Part shown: one piece after another, positions 9,901 to 19,147 of the stretch
Layout: every line of letters starts with the position of its first letter
How positions within the stretch are numbered: the stretch's first letter is position 1
Assembly (NCBI GenBank): GCA_963845145.1
Contig: CAWJQU010000002.1
Location: 64,001-128,000 of the forward strand
From: an uncultured delta proteobacterium
Lineage (GTDB): Bacteria; Desulfobacterota; Desulfobacteria; Desulfobacterales; QNYZ01
Reading direction: 5' to 3'
Length of the DNA stretch: 64,000 nucleotides
Notes under the pieces: generated by a model
What the model was told of the DNA's origin: nothing
What the model saw: only the letters and a program-made list of their open reading frames with translations
Databases searched by the model: none
Translations under genes and position numbers: made by a program

Positions 9901-11925
9901 ATGAAGCGCACTGAAAACAATACCTTTAAACCAAACGCAACCATCCGATGTCCGGTATCCGGGCTGCCGGTTTTCCAGAGGCCGGAATGGACCAATGTTA
10001 GATTAAGCAAAAACGCGACGACCTCGGTCCAGCTGCTCGGAGATCGCATCCTTTTAAGAAAAACTTCCGGATACGTTGATTTAGCCGATACTAAAAAAGC
10101 AAAAATGGTGGAACAAAACGCATTGGCTGAGACCAATAGTGCAGAGCCATCGTTCATCCTAATCGAAAACTGGGCCGACCTGAAGGGCTCTTCCCAAGGT
10201 GCTCGCCGATACTATTTTAAATATTTAAAAAATAGAAAAAAACTGGGAGGATTATTATACTACAATGTCTCCCCCATGCAAAAGTTCCGCATCAATCTGG
10301 CTAAACGGCTTCCGATTGTAAAATTCAACGTTGAAGTCGTTGGTAGTTATGAGGAAGCGGTGAGGCGAGCCCAAAATATATTGGCTGACGACGATGGAAG
10401 ATTAGAAGGTAGCTCCATCGATTCCCACATACGCTCCCTAATTGCTTCGCACACGGGGGAATCTTTTCCCCAGATAATGTCTCATCCGGATTGGCAGTTC
10501 CAAGCCGATGGTTTTTCAATCCATTTTGAAATCATCAACGGTACGATCCTACATGCAACCGCCAGCGGGAAACTGAAGGTAGAGCAAATCGGGCCATCGA
10601 TTAAATTACAGGAAAAGATCATTGAATCGACAGGCTTATCCGACAATGCCTGGTATTTTGTTTTGGGATTAAGTCAATCCGAAGGGATCGGTCAAAAGGC
10701 CCGCAGGCTCTATGTAAAAGCCATTGTCGAACTACATAAAAGGCACCCTTTCCAAATGTTTATTTTTTTCGGTGCAAACCGAATATTAAGTACGGGAATT
10801 AACTTAACGAGATCTTTAGTACCATTTAAAGTAAAAGCCGCAGAGGATTTAGCCGGTGCCTTAAAATTAGTCGGCAAGCAGCAATCTCTTAGAGAAACTG
10901 TCTCATTGCCATCGGCATTTACCGAATCAAATAAGAAATTACAAAATCAAAAAAAAACTCAGCAGTATGTCACTGAACTGCTACAATATATAGAGAGCGT
11001 TAACTGGGAAGTTGGCGGCGTCGGAGACCACCCCAAACCCGACCCCACGCATCCCTTCCGCCCTGTTTTTGATACCATTGATTTCATCAAGTGGGAGCTT
11101 GATGATGTCTTTAATGAACGCAAACAAGCTGAAAAAGAATTAAAAACCGCCAAAGAGGCCGCCGAAGCCGCAAATATAGCCAAAAGTGAATTTTTAGCCA
11201 ACATGAGCCATGAGCTTAGAACACCTTTAAACCATATTATCGGGTTCACCGAACTGGTTGTGGATAAAAATATAGGAGAGATAAACGCCACCCAGGAGGA
11301 GTATCTCAATGATGTCCTCCACAGCAGCAATCATTTGCTCTCATTAATCAACGATATTCTGGATCTTTCAAAGGTGGAGGCCGGCAAGTTAGAGCTGCAA
11401 CTAACCGAAATCAATTTAAGAACAATACTCAAAAATAGCATGGTTATTGTGAAGGAAAAAGCTGAAAAGCAAGGTATCATATTATCACAGCACCTGGGTG
11501 ACATCCCGAATACGATTCAGGCAGACGAACGCAAATTCAGGCAAATCATGTATAACCTGCTTTCCAACGCGGTAAAGTTCACACCAAGCGGTGGCGAAAT
11601 TCATCTCACCGCCGATCGACCGGATGAGTCAACCCTGGCATCCCTTGCCTTGAACGGCAAGAATCGTCCGGAAACAGCAACACCTCTCCCCCAATGGGTT
11701 CAAATTGCAGTGACCGATAGCGGTATCGGTTTAAATAAAGAAGATTGTGAGCGTATTTTCAACCCTTTTGAACAGGTAGAAAAATCGACCAGCCGAAAGT
11801 TTCAGGGGACCGGACTGGGTTTGTCTTTAACCAAAACGCTAGTAGAACTTCACGGCGGCCAGATTTGGGCGCAAAGCGATGGCAGTAACTGCGGCAGCAC
11901 CTTCACATTCATCCTTCCTTTGTAG
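9901..11925 (+). CDS. Cytoplasmic sensor histidine kinase
   Basis: FLANMSHELRTPL H-box, NLLSNAVKFT, DSGIG, GTGLGL; no evident TM helix; two related N-terminal domains. Confidence 0.92.
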   Translation: MKRTENNTFKPNATIRCPVSGLPVFQRPEWTNVRLSKNATTSVQLLGDRILLRKTSGYVDLADTKKAKMVEQNALAETNSAEPSFILIENWADLKGSSQGARRYYFKYLKNRKKLGGLLYYNVSPMQKFRINLAKRLPIVKFNVEVVGSYEEAVRRAQNILADDDGRLEGSSIDSHIRSLIASHTGESFPQIMSHPDWQFQADGFSIHFEIINGTILHATASGKLKVEQIGPSIKLQEKIIESTGLSDNAWYFVLGLSQSEGIGQKARRLYVKAIVELHKRHPFQMFIFFGANRILSTGINLTRSLVPFKVKAAEDLAGALKLVGKQQSLRETVSLPSAFTESNKKLQNQKKTQQYVTELLQYIESVNWEVGGVGDHPKPDPTHPFRPVFDTIDFIKWELDDVFNERKQAEKELKTAKEAAEAANIAKSEFLANMSHELRTPLNHIIGFTELVVDKNIGEINATQEEYLNDVLHSSNHLLSLINDILDLSKVEAGKLELQLTEINLRTILKNSMVIVKEKAEKQGIILSQHLGDIPNTIQADERKFRQIMYNLLSNAVKFTPSGGEIHLTADRPDESTLASLALNGKNRPETATPLPQWVQIAVTDSGIGLNKEDCERIFNPFEQVEKSTSRKFQGTGLGLSLTKTLVELHGGQIWAQSDGSNCGSTFTFILPL

Positions 11926-11928
11926 TCA

Positions 11929-13089
11929 TTATATATACCGGTCCACCATTTCGGTAATCAGTGCTTCGACCCCTTCCGGGCCTTTTTCCACCTGAACCTG
12001 TTCGATCAGGTTCTTTATTTTACCATACGTGGCCGGATCGCGTTTCAGATCCTGGGTTGAGTGGTAGGTGCCGCCCCGACGCCCGGTACGATAAATCAGC
12101 CGATCGATTTCCGACAGTGCCTGATAGTCATCAATAACGGCCAGTATTTTCTCCTTGTCCTTGGGGAACTGTCCGGAAACTTCTTCGAACAGGTTCATAA
12201 TATGATCGCTGGTGATGGTGCTGGTTATACCATCAAGCTTACTGATAAATATGCGAATCTCCTCGGCCAGCATATCATCGGTTTGCATGGTGAACGAGCC
12301 CTCTTCCAATTTTTCATATAGCGCCACCCGTGGTGGTACCCGTAAGCTTCGCATCCGAATGAAATGGGGATTAATACGATTGAGTACCCGGGCCGTATCT
12401 AAAGCGTGCTCTCTACCCATCTCCTGGCCCCCGAGTCCGGGCATCACATATTCCGACAACTCCATCCCGGCGGCAATGACCCGCTTACCTGCCTCAACAT
12501 GGCCTTCGGCGGTCACCCCTTTTTTCATCAGCTTCAATAATGGGTCGTGCCCGGTTTCTAGTCCGATATGAATGCGATCCAAACCGGCTTTTCGAATACG
12601 CGTGAGGGCTTCAACGGATTTTTTCGTTATCGTTTTGGACCGGGTATAGGTGGTCACGCGTCCAATCCAGGGTAGCGTCTCTTTTAGGTAGGTAAGCACT
12701 TCGACAAGATCGTCGGTTTTCATGATGAGGTTATCGGCATCTTGCAGGAAACAAGCCTGGGTACCATAGTATAACCATACAGCAACGCTGCGATAACTCG
12801 AGCTAACCGCCCCCCCATTGAGAATATGGCTGATTACCTGGTCATTGACACTTCCAGCGGCGCCCAATTTCCAGGACACAGCCTGAATGTCATCGACTAT
12901 CTCCCGCGCAGTTTGAATATCTTTTTTAATTTCATCAACGGTTCGCAAGGAAAATTTTCGTTTTTTGTAAACGGGGCAAAACAGGCAGTGGTTCCACGGA
13001 CAATTGCGTGTCAGCCGCAACAAAAGGCTGCGGGCCTCGTTGGGCGGCCGAATCGGGCCCTGTTCGAATTTCAGGTTATTGGCATTCAT
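11929..13089 (-). CDS. Radical SAM protein
   Basis: CPWNHCLFC (CxxxCxxC), IGLETG. Confidence 0.9.
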   Translation of the reverse strand: MNANNLKFEQGPIRPPNEARSLLLRLTRNCPWNHCLFCPVYKKRKFSLRTVDEIKKDIQTAREIVDDIQAVSWKLGAAGSVNDQVISHILNGGAVSSSYRSVAVWLYYGTQACFLQDADNLIMKTDDLVEVLTYLKETLPWIGRVTTYTRSKTITKKSVEALTRIRKAGLDRIHIGLETGHDPLLKLMKKGVTAEGHVEAGKRVIAAGMELSEYVMPGLGGQEMGREHALDTARVLNRINPHFIRMRSLRVPPRVALYEKLEEGSFTMQTDDMLAEEIRIFISKLDGITSTITSDHIMNLFEEVSGQFPKDKEKILAVIDDYQALSEIDRLIYRTGRRGGTYHSTQDLKRDPATYGKIKNLIEQVQVEKGPEGVEALITEMVDRYI

Positions 13090-14176
13090 GGTGTACCCCT
13101 TGGTTGATTTCTTTTAATTTACCGATGAATTTATGGTTGGCCTTGGGTACCGGAAATCGATCAATATCATCGATCTTTATCCAGCGGTAGTCCACCGGGC
13201 CATTGAGATGTATCGTACCGTTAACATAATCGCACAAAAAAACATCCAAGACGATCTTAAAATGGGTATACGCATGCCGAACTCGGGCTAAATGTGCATC
13301 AATGGATATATTTAGACCCACTTCTTCCTTAATTTCCCGGAGGCAGGCGTTCTCGGCTGTCTCATCGTCACGAATTTTGCCTCCGGGAAATTCCCAAAGA
13401 CCGCCAAGCAGACCTTGAGGTTTCCGCTGAGTTATCAGCACCCGATCTTTACGTCGAATAACACCAACCGCTATCGGTACCTCCGGGACGGGTTTACGTT
13501 TATTCCGTTTCGGGAATTGATCCACAGCTCCATTTTGATGACTTCGGCAAAGTGTGTTAACCGGGCACTTCGAACAGTTGGGTTTTGATGGTTTGCAAAC
13601 CAGGGCACCTAACTCCATCAAGGCCTGATTGTATTGACCCGGGCATGACCGCTCAAGAAGAGGAACGGCCAACTGATGAAAAACCCGATACGCCGGTGAC
13701 GCATTAACCGGCGTCGACGCTTCAAAAATCCGGGCCAGAACACGCTTCACATTACCGTCTACAACGGCGAAGGGGCCGCCATAGGCAATACTCAACACCG
13801 CCGCCGCAATATAGGGACCCACCCCGGGCAAAGAGCGAAACGCATCCCACGTCCGGGGGACATGGCCATTAAAACGCATCATGACCACGCCGGCGGCCTG
13901 GTGCAGGTTTCGGGCCCGAGTGTAATAGCCCAAACCCTCCCAGCTTTTGAGGACTGATTGGCGTGGCGCCCGGGATAGTTTGGCGATGTTCGGGAACTGG
14001 TCAATAAACCGGTTGTAATATGGGATTACCGTATCGACCTGGGTTTGTTGAAGCATGACTTCCGATACCCAGATGCAATAGGGATCGCGCGTCTCACGCC
14101 AGGGAAGGATTCGCTGATGGTTCCGATACCAATCCAGTAGCTGCCGTTGAAAAGTGAGAACTTCTTTTGGTTTCAC
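13076..14176 (-). CDS. mutY: A/G-specific adenine glycosylase
   Basis: WVSEVMLQQTQV, LPGVGPY, VDGNV, C-x6-C-x2-C-x5-C, C-terminal Nudix-like domain. Confidence 0.96.
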   Translation of the reverse strand: MKPKEVLTFQRQLLDWYRNHQRILPWRETRDPYCIWVSEVMLQQTQVDTVIPYYNRFIDQFPNIAKLSRAPRQSVLKSWEGLGYYTRARNLHQAAGVVMMRFNGHVPRTWDAFRSLPGVGPYIAAAVLSIAYGGPFAVVDGNVKRVLARIFEASTPVNASPAYRVFHQLAVPLLERSCPGQYNQALMELGALVCKPSKPNCSKCPVNTLCRSHQNGAVDQFPKRNKRKPVPEVPIAVGVIRRKDRVLITQRKPQGLLGGLWEFPGGKIRDDETAENACLREIKEEVGLNISIDAHLARVRHAYTHFKIVLDVFLCDYVNGTIHLNGPVDYRWIKIDDIDRFPVPKANHKFIGKLKEINQGVHHECQ

Positions 14177-14223
14177 GATGGGTGTCTTTTACACGTCCCT
14201 GACTGTGCTGATGCCATATATCA

Positions 14224-14766
14224 TTAGAAGGTGTCCTGATGCGTGAATTCGGCCACTTCTCTTCTTTTCGGTATTTTCGGTGACTGATTGGGGTAGCCCA
14301 GCGGGATAAGCACGACACATTCATGCCCTTGGGGGACATTGAGCAGTCGATTGGCGCGATCATGATCGAGCAGGCCCACGATGACCGTTCCCAGTCCAAG
14401 ATCATGCGCCGTCAGACATAGGTTTTGAGTGGCCAGTCCCAAATCGAACATGAACCAATCTCCAAATTTAGTACTTTCAGCGCCTTTATAAAACCCTGAG
14501 TTTTTAAGTTTGCCACAAACCGCCAGAACCACCGGTGCTGCTGAGACTGCTTTTGTAGCCGGATTTTTAGGGCTGACGATATCGGCCAAAGCGTGCTTGA
14601 TACCGGGGTCACGGACGATCACCACTTCCCAACACTGGGTATTCGCCCAGGACGGTGACCATTTTATGGCCTCCATAACCTGATCAACCAAACTTTCAGA
14701 GACATCCTGATCGGTAAATTTACGAATGCTTCTTCGCTCCTCGACGGCATCAACCAATTCGCCCAT
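14224..14766 (-). CDS. Nitroreductase family protein
   Basis: RRSIRKF, SPSWANTQCW, GLGTVIVG, IPLGYP. Confidence 0.9.
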   Translation of the reverse strand: MGELVDAVEERRSIRKFTDQDVSESLVDQVMEAIKWSPSWANTQCWEVVIVRDPGIKHALADIVSPKNPATKAVSAAPVVLAVCGKLKNSGFYKGAESTKFGDWFMFDLGLATQNLCLTAHDLGLGTVIVGLLDHDRANRLLNVPQGHECVVLIPLGYPNQSPKIPKRREVAEFTHQDTF

Positions 14767-14808
14767 GGCAATCCCTCCCTAATTGATGTTGGTAGCGTTT
14801 AAAACCCT

Positions 14809-15030
14809 CTATGTTATTTGGTTGCGACAACGATGGCGGTCCGATCCTTTTTTCAACAAAATCTCTCCGTCATCGGACAACCGACCCGCGCACTGGCATT
14901 TGTGATGGTTACCATTGGCGTGACATGTCGGCTGGGCCGGGTCCGGCGATGGCTGGCGAAACGACATCACGAACAATAGCAACGCAAAAACAGCCAAGCC
15001 AATGCAAAAAATGATGAAAAATTCCCACAT
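14809..15030 (-). CDS. Small membrane protein with Cys/His-rich tail (73 aa)
   Basis: ATG 1 nt after the upstream stop; N-terminal hydrophobic helix then CHANGNHHKCQC. Confidence 0.5.
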   Translation of the reverse strand: MWEFFIIFCIGLAVFALLLFVMSFRQPSPDPAQPTCHANGNHHKCQCAGRLSDDGEILLKKGSDRHRCRNQIT

Positions 15031-15031
15031 A

Positions 15032-15931
15032 TCATAAAACCAAATCCGACAAAGCACCATCCAAGCGTGGGAACTGAAAGTTGAATCCCGCTTTCAATAA
15101 GCGGTCCGGCGTTACCCGCTGGCTGGCCAAAAGTGTTTCGGCAAACTCACCCAAAACCAAACGTAGCATGAAACCGGGTGCCGGAAAACCGGCCGGCCGT
15201 TTCAGGGCCCTGCCGAAGGCCCTTGCCACCTCCCGATTACGCAACGGGTGCGGTGAACAGAAATTAAATGCCCCATCAAGAGACCTGTTCTTAAAAATAA
15301 AATCGATAGCTCCGGCCACATCCTGGATATGAATCCATGGAAACCATTGCCGTCCATCGCCGATAGGACCGCCGGCGAAGCGCTTGAATACGGAAACCAT
15401 CTGTTTGAAAGCACCGCCGCCTTTGCCGAAAACCACACCAAATCGCATCAGAACGACGCGATGGTTATACGCTTTTGCGACCATCGCTTCTTGTTCCCAA
15501 TCGCGTCCGATTTGGCCGAGAAAATCATCAGCCGGCGGTTCATTTTCAGTGATCAAATCATCTCCCCGACCGCCGTAATAGCCGACCGCCGACGTACTGA
15601 ACAGGTCCACTGGTTTTTCTTTCGGCAGAGCCTCCACCAGATGACGGGTGGTCAAAATCCGGCTGTCGTAAATCTCCTTTTTGTAGGCTTTGGTCCAGCG
15701 TTTAAAGATCGATTTGCCGGCCAGATTAATAACCATATCGGCCTGCGCAACATACGCCTGCCATTTTCCTTGTACCCTGGTATCCGCTGATACGTAAGAA
15801 AATTCAGGATGGTCGATCGCATTCTGCCGCGTGCGGGTCCCTGTCGCAACAACAGTGTCGCCCTTGTTCAAGAAATAATTCGACAAATACGTACCGACAA
15901 AACCGGTACCGCCGGTGATAAATATTTTCAT
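15032..15931 (-). CDS. NAD-dependent epimerase family protein (YfcH/TIGR01777-like)
   Basis: ITGGTGFVG, INLAG, SAVGYYG, GRQWFPWIHIQD. Confidence 0.9.
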   Translation of the reverse strand: MKIFITGGTGFVGTYLSNYFLNKGDTVVATGTRTRQNAIDHPEFSYVSADTRVQGKWQAYVAQADMVINLAGKSIFKRWTKAYKKEIYDSRILTTRHLVEALPKEKPVDLFSTSAVGYYGGRGDDLITENEPPADDFLGQIGRDWEQEAMVAKAYNHRVVLMRFGVVFGKGGGAFKQMVSVFKRFAGGPIGDGRQWFPWIHIQDVAGAIDFIFKNRSLDGAFNFCSPHPLRNREVARAFGRALKRPAGFPAPGFMLRLVLGEFAETLLASQRVTPDRLLKAGFNFQFPRLDGALSDLVL

Positions 15932-16062
15932 TATTTTTCACCCTATCCGTATTGAGATTGAAATAAATGGCGTTGGATAAAAGATATGTATGCGATTGAT
16001 TTTTTCAATGGTACCAATGAGAGGGGAAGATGCAATCGCTAAGTGCGGGACAGGGCAGATAT

Positions 16063-16094
16063 AAAAACGGGGCGATGTCAATGACATGCCCCGT
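16063..16094 (-). terminator. Intrinsic terminator after HesB-like gene
   Basis: ACGGGGC...GCCCCGT hairpin followed by a T-run on the minus strand. Confidence 0.7.
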
Positions 16095-16118
16095 ATAAAA
16101 AATGATATAAAGTAGGTT

Positions 16119-16439
16119 TTATCCGCACGAACCGCCGTCGGAGCCACAGCCACCGCAGCCGGCGCCGGTGTCGAACTCCATTCCGCAGTCAAGCTTAAAA
16201 CCGTGAACCATATAATCCACTTTAATCGGTTTGGCTTTTTCTAAAAAGTCTTTGTCAACCAGATATTGAAACCCTTCAATATCGTACACCTCATCCTGAT
16301 CACGCGGCTCATCCAGAGCCATGGCCAGCGAAGGACCACCTCAGCCACCCTCATTCAAAAAAATACGGATCGGTTGAGGATCGCGCCCTTTAAAATACTG
16401 GCCGATCTGTTCTGTTGCCGCCTCTGTCACTTCTACCAT
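16119..16439 (-). CDS. HesB/IscA-like selenoprotein (106 aa, Sec at codon 33)
   Basis: AGGAGG RBS, ATG 16439, MVEVTEAATEQIGQYFKGRDPQPIRIFLNEGG-UGA(16341-16343)-GGPSLAMALDEP continues in frame into the listed 67-aa ORF; selA in window. Confidence 0.9.
16306..16320 (-). promoter_or_regulatory. Candidate bacterial SECIS hairpin
   Basis: GGCUC-UGGAU-GAGCC; loop about 25 nt 3' of the UGA with G at second loop position. Confidence 0.65.
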
Positions 16440-16461
16440 GGAACCCTCCTTGATTATAGGA

Positions 16462-16506
16462 ATCAGGCTTATAAAAACCAGGTTTGTCAAAACCGGGTCT
16501 ATAAAA
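16462..16506. repeat. Three imperfect 15-bp tandem repeats upstream of HesB-like gene
   Basis: ATCAGGCTTATAAAA / ACCAGGTTTGTCAAA / ACCGGGTCTATAAAA. Confidence 0.7.
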
Positions 16507-16618
16507 AACCGGCCCGCCCGTCGGGGAGGACCTGATAATTCAAACTCATCAACTCAACGAATTGAAAAATAATCACACCATTATGATTTGTCAACGATGG
16601 ACAACACGCGAGACCGTG

Positions 16619-17146
16619 TTAGAACCCGGCCAGGTATTTTTCGTAGATTTGCCGATGATCGGCGGAGAAAAGGATGAAGATCACCTTTTCAATCGACGCA
16701 TGATGTTTCAAAAACGCGTAAGTCGTTTCGAGAGCGATTAGGCAGGCCTCTTTAATGGGGTAGCGGTAAACCCCACAAGAAATGGCTGGAAAGGCAATGG
16801 TACGAATGGCCTGTGTAGCGGCCAGGGTCAAACTATTCTGGTAACATGCAGCCAGAAGGCGACTGTCGTCAGGCGACCCGCGATACACCGGGCCGACGGT
16901 ATGGATCACATATCTGGCGGGTAGATTGTACCCACGCGTCAGGCGGGCTTCACCCGTAGGGCATCCACCCATTTTTTTGCATTCGGCCAGAAGCTCCGAC
17001 CCAGCCGCCCGGTGGATGGCACCGTCCACGCCACCACCCCCTAAAAGAGAGTTGTTGGCTGCATTAACGATGGCATCCACCGCCAGCAGGGTAATATCAC
17101 CCTGCTGAATATCAATCCGATTAGGCAGTGATTTTTCCATGGGCAC
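16619..17146 (-). CDS. Macrodomain protein (O-acetyl-ADP-ribose deacetylase, YmdB-like)
   Basis: GDIT, IVNAAN, GGGGVDGAIH, HTVGP, FPAISCGVY. Confidence 0.93.
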   Translation of the reverse strand: MPMEKSLPNRIDIQQGDITLLAVDAIVNAANNSLLGGGGVDGAIHRAAGSELLAECKKMGGCPTGEARLTRGYNLPARYVIHTVGPVYRGSPDDSRLLAACYQNSLTLAATQAIRTIAFPAISCGVYRYPIKEACLIALETTYAFLKHHASIEKVIFILFSADHRQIYEKYLAGF

Positions 17147-17151
17147 AATTG

Positions 17152-18894
17152 CTACCAGTTAAAAACCTGGTCGAGCTCTTCATCGGGCACCTCAAACACG
17201 ACATTATGTGGTGCCAGAGCTTCTTTCTTCATGTAGGCCGGCAGCCGATCATCGGCTTTGGTGAAACCGGCGGCTGCGTTAAAATCACGTTCGACAGTGA
17301 GAATTTTTTGGCCCAGATTCGTCACATCGTCAGCAGTCATGTTCGAACCATAAAAACCGCTTAAAAGATCGAGCAGGGCCTGGAAGGTATCCGGCTGATC
17401 AAGGATAGCAAAAGCGATAAACAGGCACATCCCGGTTGAGTCTATAGCCGTTGTAGCGATCTGTAAATTTCGGGACAACTCCGCCTGACCCGCGGGTTTT
17501 AATGGGTCGACGGTGCCACCGACCCCAAGGATATTCGCTGTCACCGCATAGCCGGCCGTATGATCGGCACCCATGGTGGTCGTGGCATAGGTGACACCGA
17601 TTCCCTGCACGGCCCGGGGATCGTAAGCCGGCATGGCCTGATTTTTGACCACCGGTACGCGTTCGACACCGTAGACTTTACCGGTAACGCCCGCCCCACT
17701 GCCCAGAATCCGGCCCATGGGTGTTCCCTTGCCGACTTCGGCCAGCATATTGATGGCCGCTTCGCTGTCACCGAATTCAGCCAATCCGGCCTCCATGGCC
17801 ACGGCAATGGTGGCCCCCATTTCTATGGTATCCAGACCGAAATCGTCATCCATCCGATCCATCCGGGCGATGACATCCAGGTCGTTTATCCCGCAATTAG
17901 CGCCATGGGCCCATACCGTTTCATATTCGGGCTGCTTGGTCACATAATTACCGTCCGCATCGTAAAATGTTCCCGAGCATCGAATGACACAGCCGCGATG
18001 ACAGCCATGTGTTGCGGAACCTTCACCGCCCCGGGCATTTTCCAACTCAGCCTGGGTTTCGCCGCTGATGTCGCTGGCCCCGGCGAACTGTCCGGTCTTA
18101 AAATTATTGGTGGGAAAGCCCCCCGCTTCGTTAATGACGTTGGTCAGCACGTTGGTGCCGTAGGCGGGTAGGCCTTCACCGGTCACCGGATGCTTCTTTA
18201 AGCCCGCCACAAAGGCCTTGTTGGCCGCCTTGAATTTTTCCGGGTCTTTGGGTTCGCGCATGGTCATGCCGTCATCATCCAATATGATCGCTTTGATTCC
18301 CTTGCTTCCCATGACGGCCCCAACCCCGCCACGACCCGCATGCCTTGTGGGACGGACTTCCATATCGGTAAATGCAATCGAAGCGGCCGCCAGCTTCATC
18401 TCTCCGGCCTGGCCGATAGTGATACAGGCCACTTTGTCGCCGTATTCGGCGGTCAGTTTGGCAACGGTATCGTAATTACCGAGCATCCTCAAATCGTTGT
18501 CCGGCGCAATCTTCACGCCATCTTTGTTGATAAACACTTTGTATAAGGTATCATCGACCGGCGCACCTTCCAGGACGATTGCGGCATAGCCGAGCCTCGC
18601 CAACACCTGAGCCCCCTGACCGCCGGAATTGGCCTCCTTAATACCCCCGGTTAAAGGGCTTTTACAGCCCACGGAAATTCGCCCCGACATGGCCGCTTTG
18701 GTGCCACTCAACATACCTGGCGCAATGACCAGCTTGTTGTCTTCCCCTAAAGGATGACATTCCGGGGGCACTTCTTTGGCAACAAGGGTTGATGTCAATG
18801 CCCGGCCGCCCAGACCGGCGTAATCGCCCATGTCTGTTTCCGTGGCACGGGGACCACCGGTAGCTCCGACATCAATTCGTAAAATTTTATCCAT
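17152..18894 (-). CDS. aor: Aldehyde:ferredoxin oxidoreductase (W/Mo-pterin AOR family)
   Basis: KSPLTGGIKEANSGG, GRGGVGAVMGSK, CxxxCxxxC, GLDTIE; start at ATG 18894 behind AGGAGGA. Confidence 0.92.
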   Translation of the reverse strand: MDKILRIDVGATGGPRATETDMGDYAGLGGRALTSTLVAKEVPPECHPLGEDNKLVIAPGMLSGTKAAMSGRISVGCKSPLTGGIKEANSGGQGAQVLARLGYAAIVLEGAPVDDTLYKVFINKDGVKIAPDNDLRMLGNYDTVAKLTAEYGDKVACITIGQAGEMKLAAASIAFTDMEVRPTRHAGRGGVGAVMGSKGIKAIILDDDGMTMREPKDPEKFKAANKAFVAGLKKHPVTGEGLPAYGTNVLTNVINEAGGFPTNNFKTGQFAGASDISGETQAELENARGGEGSATHGCHRGCVIRCSGTFYDADGNYVTKQPEYETVWAHGANCGINDLDVIARMDRMDDDFGLDTIEMGATIAVAMEAGLAEFGDSEAAINMLAEVGKGTPMGRILGSGAGVTGKVYGVERVPVVKNQAMPAYDPRAVQGIGVTYATTTMGADHTAGYAVTANILGVGGTVDPLKPAGQAELSRNLQIATTAIDSTGMCLFIAFAILDQPDTFQALLDLLSGFYGSNMTADDVTNLGQKILTVERDFNAAAGFTKADDRLPAYMKKEALAPHNVVFEVPDEELDQVFNW

Positions 18895-19147
18895 GGCGCT
18901 TCCTCCTGTTTGAATTGGGGTTGGATGAACGATTCCGCCCAAAGCGGTACATACAAGGAAAGGGGTTAAAAACACAAATACTGACTATTAATAACCGGTA
19001 CGTATTTCGCGTGTCAAGTCAAACGACGTTAATGTATTCGAGTATCGGTATAACCCTATAAAATAATCTACCCTTTATCAATCAATTATCACTTCGTGCC
19101 TAATTAGGCCGAATCCATGTATATATTTAACTTGGTGTCATTCACTT

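Noticed and set aside
18895..18975. N-terminal extension of AOR in the ORF track as a signal peptide
   Set aside because: Strong AGGAGGA RBS supports the start at 18894; no Tat motif
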